From an uncultured delta proteobacterium (GTDB lineage Bacteria > Desulfobacterota > Syntrophorhabdia > Syntrophorhabdales > WCHB1-27), in contig CAWEPK010000011.1 of NCBI GenBank assembly GCA_963810935.1, positions 1 through 64,000 of the forward strand: 64,000 nt of DNA, in the 5' to 3' direction. Positions within the stretch are counted from its first letter, which is position 1; the number at the start of each line of letters is the position of its first letter. The notes below the pieces were generated by a model. That model was not told where the DNA came from. It saw only the letters and a list, made by a program, of their open reading frames with translations, and ran no database searches. Below, one piece after another: positions 53,266 through 63,523 of this stretch. The translations under genes were made by a program, and so were the position numbers.

Positions 53266-54624
53266 AAAGGAGAAGCATACTCGTAATTGACGACGAGAAG
53301 ATCATCCTCGAATCGCTCAAGATGTTCCTCACGGAAAAGGGTTACGAGGTGGAAACGGCTGCCTCGGTGGCAGAAGGCAGGCGCAAATTCGAAACGTGCA
53401 GTCCCGACGCAGCCATAATGGATATACGCCTGCCCGACGGGGACGGCCTGGATCTGCTCGGGGAGTTGAAAAGCAACGACAGCAAGGTCCCGGTCATTAT
53501 GATTACCGCCTTCCACGACATGGACGCGACCGTGAAGGCCATAAAGCTGGGCGCAACGGAATATATCACGAAACCGATCGACGTAGACGAGCTGGAAAAG
53601 GCGGTTTCGCGGGCCATGAAGCTCAGCGGCGCAAAAAAAGAGGATCGCCTGCCTCCGGACGACGGCGTGGCCTACCGGAAAGGGAAGATCGTCGGAAACA
53701 GCAAGGATATGAAGGAGGTTTACAAGGCGATAGGCGCCCTTTCCGAGAACCGGGTGACCGTCTTGATAGAGGGGGAGACGGGCACGGGCAAAGAGCTGAT
53801 CGCGCGGGCGATCCATGGCAACAGCCATTACCGGGAGCAGCCGTTCATCGCCATAAACTGTTCTGCCATAGTGCCGACGCTGCTCGAAAGCGAGTCTGTT
53901 CGGCCATGAGAAGGGGGCCTTTACAGGCGCGCTCGCGCAGAAAAAGGGGAGGTTCGAGCTTGCGGGCGGCGGCACGATCTTTCTCGACGAGGTGGGTGAT
54001 ATCCCCGTGGCCCTGCAGGCGAAGCTTCTTCGCTTCCTTCAGGAAAAAGAATTCGAGCGCGTCGGCGGCGAGTCCACCCTCCATTCGGACGCGAGGGTCA
54101 TTGCAGCCACGAACAGGGAACTGTGGCAGATGGTGCAGCAGGACCTTTTCCGGGAAGACCTCTATTATCGCCTCAGCGTCGCCACCTTAAGGGTGTCGCC
54201 GCTCCGGGCGAGACGGGAAGATATCGCGCCGCTCGTCTCCTATCTTTTAAAAAAGATTAACCGCGAGCTTCACAAGAACGTGAGGACCGTCGAGGAAAAG
54301 GCATTCCGCATGCTTGGCGACTACGACTGGCCGGGGAACGTCAGGGAGCTCGAGAACGTACTGACGAAGGCGGCCCTCGACACGCAGGGGGACGTTATAT
54401 ATGAAGAGTCGGTCGGCCGCCTGCTCGTGGGGTCGAAGAAGCCGGGCGGAAGGGAGGCGTCCCCGCAGGGCGCCCGGAGCCTCGACGCGGTCGAGCGCGA
54501 CCATATAATAGCGGTCCTGAAGGAAACCGGGTGGCACCTGGGAAAGACGTGCTCCATCCTAGGCATCTCCCGGCCCACGCTGCGGCAGAAGCTAAAAGGT
54601 TACAACCTGGCCGACCATCCCTAG
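53262..54624 (+). CDS. NtrC/AtoC-family sigma-54 response regulator (1-bp insertion near 53895)
   Basis: Receiver domain (VIDDE, MDIRLP, TKP), GETGTGKE, ESE-LFGHEKGAFTGA after correction, WPGNVREL, HTH. Confidence 0.9.
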
Positions 54625-54644
54625 GCCGGAAGCTACGCAGGCAT

Positions 54645-54810
54645 AAAGCGAGCGTATGCGAAGCGCTTACCCGCCCGACGTAAGGAGGGAAGGGTCGAGC
54701 TTCGCGGGTATTGAATACCTGCTGCTTGCAGCAGGTAAAAGCGAGCGCATGCGAAGCGCCGAGCCGGGAGGCTCGCCGGGCTTTGCCCGGCGAGGGGGTG
54801 CTGAACCCCA
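54645..54810. repeat. Cluster of REP-like palindromes and a 22-bp direct repeat
   Basis: AAAGCGAGCG(T/C)ATGCGAAGCGC at 54645 and 54738; hairpins TACCTGCTGC-TT-GCAGCAGGTA (54716-54737) and CTCGCCGGGC-TTT-GCCCGGCGAG (54772-54794). Confidence 0.65.
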
Positions 54811-54939
54811 ATATTGAAATAAGTTTTCACAGGGAAAAGAAACTTTCAAACATGGAAGAACGGTGCGTCAGGGGGGGTAAGGGGCTTTTTGCCCTGTATT
54901 TGCTTCGCCGCCGCCTTTGTGCGGCACTGTTCCGTCGAG

Positions 54940-54955
54940 TGGCACGTTTGTTGCT
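54940..54955 (+). promoter_or_regulatory. sigma-54 (-24/-12) promoter of the ABC transporter operon
   Basis: TGGCACGTTTGTTGCT, 43 nt before the start codon; a sigma-54 activator lies upstream. Confidence 0.9.
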
Positions 54956-54998
54956 CAATGTAAACGGGGCTGATTGAAAAATCAGACAAGGGGGGGTT

Positions 54999-56261
54999 AT
55001 GAGAGGGGGCTTTCGCTCTATTCTGGTCGCGGTACTCTTTCTTTTCGCAGTTCCGGCACTGTTCGTAAGTGCTGCAGAAAAACCGATAATCATCGGCGCG
55101 CCGCTCGCAACGGCCTTTCTTTACGGCTGGGACGCCGAGCGGGGGATTAAGCTTGCCGCCGAAGAGATCAATGCAGCAGGCGGAGTGAGCGTCGGGGGCA
55201 AGAAAAGACCCATCAGCGTGGAGGTTATCGACACGCGGGACCTGGAGCCGGGCGTGCCCGTAAGCGACGCGCTTCTCGGTGTCGAGAAACTGATACTCGA
55301 AAAGAGGGTCGATTTCATCGTGGGCGGCCCTGTCCGCTCGGAGGCGGCGCTCGCCGCAATGGACCTCCTGAGCAAGCACAAGAAGGTGAGCATCCTGACG
55401 ACAGGCGCCCTGTCGCCCGCCTACACGAAAAGGGTCGCGGAGAACTACGCGAAATATAAATACTGCTTCAGGAACACGAGCCACGTGGGCGTGATGATGG
55501 AAGAGTTCGTCACCCTCCTGGAGGATATCAGGAAGACCCACAACTTCAACAAGGCGTACGTCATGGTGCAGGACGTGGCGCATGCCCGCGCAGGCGGTGA
55601 GGCGATGCAGAAGGCGCTTACCGCAAAGGGGTGGAGCGTCATCGACATGAAGGTCTATCCCACCGGGACCGTCGATTACTCCGTGGGCCTTATAGACGCG
55701 GGCAAGAAAGGCGCCCAGGTCCTTTTCCTGTGGATGGATATGCCTGAAAGCGCCGTGCTCCTCAAACAGTGGAGCGACCTGAAGCTGAAATCTCTGCCCG
55801 TAGGGTTCGTCAACGCGGCCGAGCAGCCCGGCTTCGCGAAGGCCACCGGGGGCAAGGGCGAATACCTCATCGTCAACCTCGTCAACGGGGGCAACGCCCC
55901 TGCCAGGATTACCCCCTGGACCATGAAATTCGTCGAGGCGTACAAGAAGAAATGGGGGCTTGAGCCGGAAGGCTACGGGTCGTCGTCGAGCTACATGGCC
56001 GTCTACCAGATCAAGGACGCCGTGGAAAGGGCACAGAGCACCGACCCGGATAAGGTCGTGCCCGCCCTGGAGTCTTCCGATATCATGGGCGTCTACGGCA
56101 GGATGCGCTTTGACAAAAAATCGCACCAGATAATCCCGTCCTTCGACCCGAAGGAAGGCGCCGTGACAGGTATAGTGCAGTGGCAGAACAACAAGCGCGT
56201 CCAGATTTTCCCGGCGAAGGTAGCGGAGGCAAAAGTCCTGCTTCCACCGTGGATGAAGTAG
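54999..56261 (+). CDS. Liv-type (HAAT) ABC transporter substrate-binding protein
   Basis: Signal peptide, LAAEEINAAGG, YCFR, YGRMRFD. Confidence 0.9.
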   Translation: MRGGFRSILVAVLFLFAVPALFVSAAEKPIIIGAPLATAFLYGWDAERGIKLAAEEINAAGGVSVGGKKRPISVEVIDTRDLEPGVPVSDALLGVEKLILEKRVDFIVGGPVRSEAALAAMDLLSKHKKVSILTTGALSPAYTKRVAENYAKYKYCFRNTSHVGVMMEEFVTLLEDIRKTHNFNKAYVMVQDVAHARAGGEAMQKALTAKGWSVIDMKVYPTGTVDYSVGLIDAGKKGAQVLFLWMDMPESAVLLKQWSDLKLKSLPVGFVNAAEQPGFAKATGGKGEYLIVNLVNGGNAPARITPWTMKFVEAYKKKWGLEPEGYGSSSSYMAVYQIKDAVERAQSTDPDKVVPALESSDIMGVYGRMRFDKKSHQIIPSFDPKEGAVTGIVQWQNNKRVQIFPAKVAEAKVLLPPWMK

Positions 56262-56291
56262 GCCAAGAAGAAGGACGATAAGGGGGCGGGC

Positions 56292-57158
56292 TTGGAGATC
56301 ATCGTCTACGGAATCATCAACAGCATTATTCTTGCGCTCCTGTCCCTCGGTTTCGCCCTCGTATACAGCATCAGCAGGGTGCCGAACTTCGCCCACGGGG
56401 CGCTTTACATCGGGGCGGGCTATATCGTCTGGCTGCTCCTCAACGCAGTCGGCCTGCCTTACGCGCTTGCCATACCACTCGGGATCCTCAGCACCAGCCT
56501 GATAGGCGCGCTTATTTACCGGTTCATCATCATCAGGATCAGGGGTATGGAGATCTCGGAGATTATCGGCACGTACGCGGTAGGGCTTGCCATAATAGAA
56601 GGTCTGCGGTGGGGCGGCCTGCGGGGCATGACGTACACGCTTCCCGTCTTCATACAAGGCTCGACCACGATACTGGGCGTGGCCGTAGACTACCAGAGGC
56701 TCCTTATAGTTGTAGCGGGCGTCAGCACCTTCGTCTTTCTCTTCCTGTTCACCAGGTACAGCAAGATCGGGCTCGCCCTGCGGGGCATTGCCCAGGACGA
56801 GCGGGCGGCGATGATGCTGGGCATCGACTCCGACATGACAGCCATCATCTCGCTCGCAATAGGCTCCGGGCTGGCAGCCTTCGCCGCCGTTTTACTTTTG
56901 CCCCTCGGCAACATAGTCGTCGAGCAGGGGTATAACGTGCTCATCTTCGCGGTAGCGGTTTGCATCATAGGCGGCCTGGGCAGCTGGGGGGGCACGATCG
57001 TAGCGTCGTTCATCATCGGCTTTGCCCAGATCCTGACGGAGACGCTCATATCGAGCCATTTTGTCATGGTAGTGGCCCTGCTCGCCATTATCGTCACGCT
57101 CCTGGTCAAGCCTTCGGGCATATTCGGTAAGCAGAAACAGCTTGAGGAGAGAGTATGA
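56292..57158 (+). CDS. HAAT ABC permease (LivH-like)
   Basis: LGFALVY, NFAHG, GLALRGIAQD, IIGGLGS, KPSGIFG. Confidence 0.9.
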   Translation: MEIIVYGIINSIILALLSLGFALVYSISRVPNFAHGALYIGAGYIVWLLLNAVGLPYALAIPLGILSTSLIGALIYRFIIIRIRGMEISEIIGTYAVGLAIIEGLRWGGLRGMTYTLPVFIQGSTTILGVAVDYQRLLIVVAGVSTFVFLFLFTRYSKIGLALRGIAQDERAAMMLGIDSDMTAIISLAIGSGLAAFAAVLLLPLGNIVVEQGYNVLIFAVAVCIIGGLGSWGGTIVASFIIGFAQILTETLISSHFVMVVALLAIIVTLLVKPSGIFGKQKQLEERV

Positions 57159-58174
57159 CGACGATGGAGATGACGAGAAAGGAGCGCATCGACAGGGGGC
57201 TGAAGGTAAGGACGGAGGGGATCTACGCCATCTCTTCATACGAGGAGATCCTCTACCTTATCGGGCCGAGGCTGCTCCTGATCGTGGGCGTGCTCCTCCT
57301 GCCGCTGGTCCTGGAGCTTGCGCCCTACTGGAAGAGGGTCGTAAACATCATGTGCGTTTACGCGATTCTTGCCCTCGCCTTCGACTTCCTGGCGAACTAC
57401 GTGGGCCTCGTCTGTCTCGGGGGCGCCCTCTTCATCGGCGTGGGCGGTTACCTCTCGGCCATTCTCAATGTCTATCTCCATGTGCCGATCTACCTTTCCA
57501 TCCCGCTGGCGACGGTCTTCGGGGCCGCCCTCTGCACGGCGATCATCATGCCGTGCCTGCCACTGCGCGGCGTCTATTTCGCGATCGTAACGCTTATGTA
57601 TCCCATTCTTCTTTCGCGGATCATAGAGGCGTTCAACATACTGGGCGGCACGAACGGCATCACCGGGCTGGACAGCTTCCCCCACGAGTACGTCGAGCAG
57701 TATACGATCATCATAGTCATGCTTCTCGCCCTTTTCGGCATGAGGAGGCTGGTGAGCCAGGACGTGGGGCTCGTGCTCCGGGGAGTCAAGGACAACGACC
57801 AGTCGATAAGGGCCTCGGGCATCAACGTGACCGTAATGAAGTCGCTCGCCGTCTTCATCGCAGCGCTGATGGGGTGTTTCGGAGGGGCCTATATAGCGCA
57901 CCTGTATATGTGGGCTGGCCTTTCGCTCTTTGCCCTGGATTTCTCCATCATCCCCATCGCGTCCGTTGTCATGGGCGGCGGCGGGACGCTCATCGGCGCA
58001 GTGATCGGTTGCTTCATCCTCGTCCCCCTGAGCGAGTTCCTAAGGTTCTTCGGCACCTTCAGAGTCGTCATTTACTGTGCCATCCTGACCGGCTTCATTG
58101 TCTTCAAAAGCGAGGGACTGATGGTCTATCTTCAGAGGAAATATCATCAGTTTGAACGTCTGGTGAAAATATGA
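57155..58174 (+). CDS. HAAT ABC permease (LivM-like)
   Basis: LRGVYFAIVT, GGTNGI, MGGGGTLIG. Confidence 0.9.
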   Translation: MTTMEMTRKERIDRGLKVRTEGIYAISSYEEILYLIGPRLLLIVGVLLLPLVLELAPYWKRVVNIMCVYAILALAFDFLANYVGLVCLGGALFIGVGGYLSAILNVYLHVPIYLSIPLATVFGAALCTAIIMPCLPLRGVYFAIVTLMYPILLSRIIEAFNILGGTNGITGLDSFPHEYVEQYTIIIVMLLALFGMRRLVSQDVGLVLRGVKDNDQSIRASGINVTVMKSLAVFIAALMGCFGGAYIAHLYMWAGLSLFALDFSIIPIASVVMGGGGTLIGAVIGCFILVPLSEFLRFFGTFRVVIYCAILTGFIVFKSEGLMVYLQRKYHQFERLVKI

Positions 58175-58938
58175 GCGACACCGTTATTCTCTCCATGCGG
58201 GGCATAAGCAAGTCTTTCGGCGGCCTCAAGGCGCTCTCTGACGTCAGCTTCGACGTGCGCCAGGGGGAGATCTACGGCATTATAGGACCGAACGGCTCCG
58301 GCAAGACGACGCTCATCAACTGCGTCACAGGGTTCGTTAAGCCGGACGGCGGGCGCGTCTTCTTCCGTGACGACGAGATCACCAGGTGGCCCCCGCACAA
58401 GGTTGCCCACGTCGGCATCGCCCGGACCTTCCAGATCATGAGGCCCTATTACACGCTGCCTGCTTACAAGAACCTGATCATACCTCTCTGGTCGCCGAGG
58501 GCGAAGAAATTGGGGGGCTGGCGCGGGGGCGGGAGGCACGGCGACAGGGACACGGTGGCAGTCGATATCCTCGAGGAGATCGGTTTCGAGAGGGATTCGA
58601 AGGTGCCTTACAAGCTTGCGGCCACTCTGCCGACGGGCTACCAGAAAAGGCTGGAGCTTGCGCGCTGCATGGCGCTGCGGCCCGACGTCATTTTCTGCGA
58701 CGAGGTGTTCTCGGGCCTCTCCATGAGTGAGATCGCGGGCATGATACCGCTTATCGAGAAGCTGAGAATGGACGGGGTTACACTCATCATGGTCGAGCAC
58801 AGGCTGCGGGAGCTTTTCAGGGTGGCCGACAGGGTAATGGCCCTCAACTTCGGCGAGAAGATCGCGGAAGGGGAGTATACCAAGGTGATCGAGGACAAGC
58901 GGGTCAGAGAGGCCTATCTCGGGAAAGAGGGTGTATAG
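58171..58938 (+). CDS. HAAT ABC ATPase (LivG-like)
   Basis: SFGGLKAL, GPNGSGKTT, GIARTFQ, VEH, REAYLG. Confidence 0.92.
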   Translation: MSDTVILSMRGISKSFGGLKALSDVSFDVRQGEIYGIIGPNGSGKTTLINCVTGFVKPDGGRVFFRDDEITRWPPHKVAHVGIARTFQIMRPYYTLPAYKNLIIPLWSPRAKKLGGWRGGGRHGDRDTVAVDILEEIGFERDSKVPYKLAATLPTGYQKRLELARCMALRPDVIFCDEVFSGLSMSEIAGMIPLIEKLRMDGVTLIMVEHRLRELFRVADRVMALNFGEKIAEGEYTKVIEDKRVREAYLGKEGV

Positions 58939-58940
58939 AG

Positions 58941-59687
58941 ATGCTTGAGGGACGAGAACTGATGGTCTTCTACGAGAATATGCTGGCCCTCAACAACGTC
59001 AGCCTTACGTGCGAGGACCGCGCCATCATCGGCATCTTCGGGCCTAACAGCGCAGGCAAGAGCACCCTGATGTACGCGTTGTCGGGCATCATGCTCGACA
59101 TCAAGAAGAAGGAGATCATGCGCGGCGGAGAGCGCATATCCTTATTCGGCAGCATTCTGTTCGATGGCCGGGAGATCACGCAGATTCCCCCGCACCAGCG
59201 CGCGCGCCTGGGCATTGTCCTTTGCCCCGAGCGCAGGAGGATCTTCCCGGAGAGCTCGGTGCTCGAAAACCTGAAGATCGGCGCCTACCTGTCTACGAAA
59301 CAGGAGGCGAAGGAGAACATCGAGTACGTCCTCGACCTCTTCCCACGCCTGAAAGACCACCTGAAGCGGCAGGGCGGGTTCTTATCCGGCGGCGAGCAGC
59401 AGATGCTGGCCATCGGCAGGGCCCTCATGGCAAAGCCTAAGCTCCTGCTCCTTGACGAGCCGCTTTTGGGCCTCAGCCCCGCATACCAGGAGATTGTTGT
59501 AACGGGGACAAAGGCCATACGCGACACGAAGGGCATCTCCATCATAGTGACCGAGCAGTACGCCCGGCCCGTCATCCCTATAATCGACAGGGGCTATATC
59601 CTCGAGAACGGATCGAACGTTCTGTCCGGAACGAAGGAGGAGCTGATAGATAACCCGGACGTAAAATCCGCCTACTTTGGGGTTTAA
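58941..59687 (+). CDS. HAAT ABC ATPase (LivF-like)
   Basis: GPNSAGKST, LSGGEQQMLAIGRALM, LLDEP. Confidence 0.92.
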   Translation: MLEGRELMVFYENMLALNNVSLTCEDRAIIGIFGPNSAGKSTLMYALSGIMLDIKKKEIMRGGERISLFGSILFDGREITQIPPHQRARLGIVLCPERRRIFPESSVLENLKIGAYLSTKQEAKENIEYVLDLFPRLKDHLKRQGGFLSGGEQQMLAIGRALMAKPKLLLLDEPLLGLSPAYQEIVVTGTKAIRDTKGISIIVTEQYARPVIPIIDRGYILENGSNVLSGTKEELIDNPDVKSAYFGV

Positions 59688-59712
59688 GACCGTGCAAGGA
59701 GCGACAACGCCG

Positions 59713-61362
59713 ATGGAACCGAGCTTCACCTTCTCCCGCTTTGACGAGATGTGCGCGAAGGAACCGGGCAATACGGCCCTCTATTACCTCGGCGAGCGTT
59801 ACAGCTACGGCAGGCTGGCAATGCTCATAGACAGGTTCGCCGCCGGACTGGTCAAGATAGGCGTCAAGCCGCAGGATCGGGTAATGCTCTACATCCCGAA
59901 CTGTCCCCAGTGGATCGTAGCGAACTTCGCGATCAACAAGATAGGCGCGGTTACGGTCCCCGTCTCTCCTATATACACGGCCTACGAGATCGAGTATATG
60001 ATCGAGGACGCCAACATAAAGACCGTGATATGCCTCGATACCAACTTCGTTTATGTCCGCGAGGTCCTGAAGAAGACCGGCCTTGAGCGCGTTATCGTCA
60101 CCGACCTCGTGGAGTCGATGCCCCCGTGGAAGCGCGTCATAGGCCGTCTCTTCGACAAGATCCCGACGGGCAAGATAGAGAGAGGCAAAGAGATCTATTC
60201 CTTCCGGAAGCTCATCAAGGAAAACTGGCCCAGGCCGCCGAAGGTGGAGATCGACCCTTACGCCGACCTTTCGTACGTTATGTATACGGGCGGCACGACC
60301 GGCTTCCCGAAGGGCGTGCCCGGGAACCACATGGGCGAGGTCTCTTATATAAAAGACATTATGGACGACGTCGTCGGCGACCGCATGACGGAGTCGAAAG
60401 AGACCGTGCTGATGGTGAACCCGCTGTTTCACATCATGGCCAAGGGCTTCATGATAGCATTCGGGTTCAATTTCGGGAATACCGTCATCCTTATGCCGCA
60501 GCCCGACGTAGACGCAACCCTCAAGGCGATAGAACGGTACAAGGTGGGCTGGATGCTCGGCGTCCCCGCCCTCTACAGGATGATGCTCGAGAACGACCGC
60601 CTCGACCAGTACGACTTAAGCTCCCTGAAATACTGTTACTGCGGCGGCGACGTGCTGCCCGCCGAGGTATTCAAGTCATGGAAGGGGCGCTACTCCATTC
60701 CTATCTATCAGGTTTACGGATCGACCGAGGCCGGGCACGTAGCTTACAGTCTCCTCGACAGGGAGCCGAAGCCGACCGTCGTGGGCACGCCGCTGCGGTC
60801 GCGCAGGTGCATGCTCGCAGACGCGGAATCGCTCTCTCCCGTCGCCTCGGGCGAGGTAGGGGAGTTGCTCGTCACATCCGAGCATACGATAAAGAGCTAC
60901 TGGAACAAGCCGGACGAGACTACCCGCTCCTTCGTACAGATGAACGGCGACATGTACTACCGGATGGGCGACTTCATGCGCATGAACGAGGACGGCGAGC
61001 TCGAGTTCATGGAGCGTACCGCAGACACGATAAAATACAAGGCATACCGCATATCGGCTTCCGAGATCGAGGCGGTCTTGCAGGACCATCCTACAGTGAT
61101 AGGCGCGTGCTGCGTGGGCATCCCCGACCCGAGGGTGGGGGAGAGGATCAAGGCCATAGTCGTGCTCAAGGAAGACGCAAAAGGCGTCGGGAGCAGCGAG
61201 CTGACGAAGTGGTGCAGGGACCGGCTCACGTCCTACAAGATACCCCATTATATCGAGTTCCGCGATATGCTGCCGAAATCGAAGGTGGGCAAGCTCTTGA
61301 GAAGAGAGATCAGGGACGAGGAAAAAAGGAAGCTCGACAAAGAGAAGCGAAAAGTAACGTAA
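59713..61362 (+). CDS. Acyl/aryl-CoA ligase (AMP-binding, FadD-like)
   Basis: YTGGTTGFPKG, PLFH, YGSTE, YRMGD, LPKSKVGKLLRR. Confidence 0.9.
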   Translation: MEPSFTFSRFDEMCAKEPGNTALYYLGERYSYGRLAMLIDRFAAGLVKIGVKPQDRVMLYIPNCPQWIVANFAINKIGAVTVPVSPIYTAYEIEYMIEDANIKTVICLDTNFVYVREVLKKTGLERVIVTDLVESMPPWKRVIGRLFDKIPTGKIERGKEIYSFRKLIKENWPRPPKVEIDPYADLSYVMYTGGTTGFPKGVPGNHMGEVSYIKDIMDDVVGDRMTESKETVLMVNPLFHIMAKGFMIAFGFNFGNTVILMPQPDVDATLKAIERYKVGWMLGVPALYRMMLENDRLDQYDLSSLKYCYCGGDVLPAEVFKSWKGRYSIPIYQVYGSTEAGHVAYSLLDREPKPTVVGTPLRSRRCMLADAESLSPVASGEVGELLVTSEHTIKSYWNKPDETTRSFVQMNGDMYYRMGDFMRMNEDGELEFMERTADTIKYKAYRISASEIEAVLQDHPTVIGACCVGIPDPRVGERIKAIVVLKEDAKGVGSSELTKWCRDRLTSYKIPHYIEFRDMLPKSKVGKLLRREIRDEEKRKLDKEKRKVT

Positions 61363-61368
61363 AGTCTT

Positions 61369-61698
61369 TTACCGGTAAAGGTCTTCCGGGCTGCCCGCGC
61401 AGCTCTTTTCCGTAAAACGCTGCGTCTCTTTCAGGACGGCGTCGGTGAGCGTATCGACGGACAGCTTCCCGCCTGCGCATCCCGTGGCTTCTTTGCCGTT
61501 GATCTTGATCGTGCCGGGCAAGTCCGATTCACCTCCGGTCAGCTCTTGCCGCCTCACGTCGAGCTGTATCTGCATCGTACTTAAGAAAGGGCGCATCGCC
61601 TCTACGGCGCCCGCAATGACCGCCTCGATTTCGGCGTGAGGGCGGTCGAAACCCGATTTCCCGTCACAATGAAGCCATTCGATAAGTATCCTTTTCAT
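61369..61698 (-). CDS. Hypothetical protein, DUF2703-like thioredoxin fold lacking the usual CxRC
   Basis: ILIEW-H-DG start and IKINGK resemble DUF2703; weak recall-based call. Confidence 0.5.
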   Translation of the reverse strand: MKRILIEWLHCDGKSGFDRPHAEIEAVIAGAVEAMRPFLSTMQIQLDVRRQELTGGESDLPGTIKINGKEATGCAGGKLSVDTLTDAVLKETQRFTEKSCAGSPEDLYR

Positions 61699-61877
61699 GA
61701 CACCGCGCAAATAGTTCTATACCGCGCACGTCTTTCATGTCAACCCGCGGCGGCCTGAGGACGTTAAACAACGGGGATGTGATTTCAACCAGCCGGTTTT
61801 GCGATATACGGGCGGACCATCTTCGCCGGATCGACGATGCGATCATGGGCGAGGGTCAGCGAATGTTCACGTTGATC

Positions 61878-63254
61878 TTACCCATTCCTCCTGTCGATCA
61901 ATTGATCTTTAATCTTGTCTGTGTCTGTTCTTTCAAGCGATCCGAAAGGGACTAACTGAACATGAAACTTGACCGCGCCCATTTCGACCTTCGCATAGAT
62001 TTCATGGGAGGCCTTTTCCAACATTTCTGCTATAGCTATCGCCTCGCTCTCTTCCAGCGTGCTTCCGGCGGCACATTCAATTTTAAAGCAGGCATGTTCT
62101 GCATTGAGGCGTTTTTCCAGAATAACCTGGTACCAGGCTGTTGCATTTGAGAAATGGGAAAGAACTTCGTTAATTTCATGCGCCTCAAACTTTGTACCCC
62201 CAAAGAAGAGAGTTAGAGACGACCTCCCCTTTAGAAACACTCTCGGGAACGACAGTCCACACTCGCAGGTCTCATACGATATCACGCCGAGGTCACCGAT
62301 TCGATACCTTAGCAGAGGAGTGCCCAGGTTAGTGAAATTTGTGATTACAATTTCACCGATGGTCTTATTATCGGTAATCGGTAAGAGAGTTTCCGGATCG
62401 ACAACCTCAACATAGCCTGTACCCGGCGGGACGTGCATTCCATTATGTTCTTCACATTCTGCGCCGATAATGCCAATCTCATTCGCGCCGTAGTGATCGT
62501 AATATTCGGCCCCCCATTCCGCTTCAAGTGCTTTTTTGGAGCTATCCGATATGGCCAACGCGCAGCCGAGAAGGTATTTGACTCTGAAGTCGGCTTTGAG
62601 ATCATATCCTAATCGCTTGGCCCTCTCCGTCACTGTCTGCAATCTGGAAGCGCTCCCTTTAATGTGCGTAGCCCCCAAAGAAGACATGCGACGAATTGCG
62701 TTGTCCAAATCGACATCATTTGTGATCATGCCGAATGGCATACAAAACGAACCTACCGTCCGGCTCGCACCGAAGCAGGAAAGGCAAATCGACAATTGCA
62801 AGGGCATAAAAAGGCCCACTCTCGACATTTTATCCATCTTCATCAGAACATATCCTAAAGCCAGCGACTTCTCAAAACCCGCCAATGCCGCTTCTGTCCA
62901 TAGTATGACCTTACTGGGCCCCGTACTTCCGCTCGACGTAGTCACGGAGACGATATCCTCCCAATCGGCTGCACGGATGTCGTCAATCGGTGTTAGTCGG
63001 AGGTCGTCCTTGCCGAGGAACGGCAATTTGGCGAACGCCTCGTAGCCATTGATGTACCCGATACCGGCTAATTTGTCGCGATAATACTTGGAAGCTGATT
63101 GTATTTCTTCCAGAAAGTATTGAAGCTGCCTGAATTGGTAATGCCGGTATTCGTCAGGTGAAAACGCAAGGTACTTCCTGAAATCGCCAGGTCCATCGCC
63201 GAGGTGAACCGTTTCAGGGAGCTGTTTTTCGGACGCTGCAAGAATCTTTCCCAT
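61878..63254 (-). CDS. Divergent PaaK-family CoA ligase, lower GC
   Basis: LPFLGKDDLR, TTSSGSTG, HYGANE, PLLRYRIGD, CECG; GGAGGTGA SD; AT-richer codons than its neighbours. Confidence 0.85.
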   Translation of the reverse strand: MGKILAASEKQLPETVHLGDGPGDFRKYLAFSPDEYRHYQFRQLQYFLEEIQSASKYYRDKLAGIGYINGYEAFAKLPFLGKDDLRLTPIDDIRAADWEDIVSVTTSSGSTGPSKVILWTEAALAGFEKSLALGYVLMKMDKMSRVGLFMPLQLSICLSCFGASRTVGSFCMPFGMITNDVDLDNAIRRMSSLGATHIKGSASRLQTVTERAKRLGYDLKADFRVKYLLGCALAISDSSKKALEAEWGAEYYDHYGANEIGIIGAECEEHNGMHVPPGTGYVEVVDPETLLPITDNKTIGEIVITNFTNLGTPLLRYRIGDLGVISYETCECGLSFPRVFLKGRSSLTLFFGGTKFEAHEINEVLSHFSNATAWYQVILEKRLNAEHACFKIECAAGSTLEESEAIAIAEMLEKASHEIYAKVEMGAVKFHVQLVPFGSLERTDTDKIKDQLIDRRNG

Positions 63255-63523
63255 ACTTCACCTCCCGGCAATGATGTTTCGTCTCCACACGTCTTGATCG
63301 TAATCGCTGTGATCCTGCATTTCACAGGAAACGTTCAGCCGCTTCATTTTAATGCGACATCGCGGACGTGGCTGACCAACGGGTGACTTTGGGACGTGCT
63401 TGACCAATTTGATGCCGAATAGTTGCTTTTTAGCAATCGGAGGTGGAGGTCACGCCTCACTTTTCAAAGCGCGCAACGGACTTATATTTTAAAAGATCGA
63501 AGTCTTGAAGGAGAGGACAGCCC

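Noticed and set aside
54846..56657. Long antisense or alternate-frame ORFs (603 aa here; also 3390-4778, 47983-49272, 51859-53181, 44356-45585 and others)
   Set aside because: Shadow ORFs of well-supported genes in GC-rich DNA, with no motifs or SD support.
63255..63520. Possible riboswitch in the intergenic region
   Set aside because: No recognisable aptamer consensus or terminator could be supported by eye.
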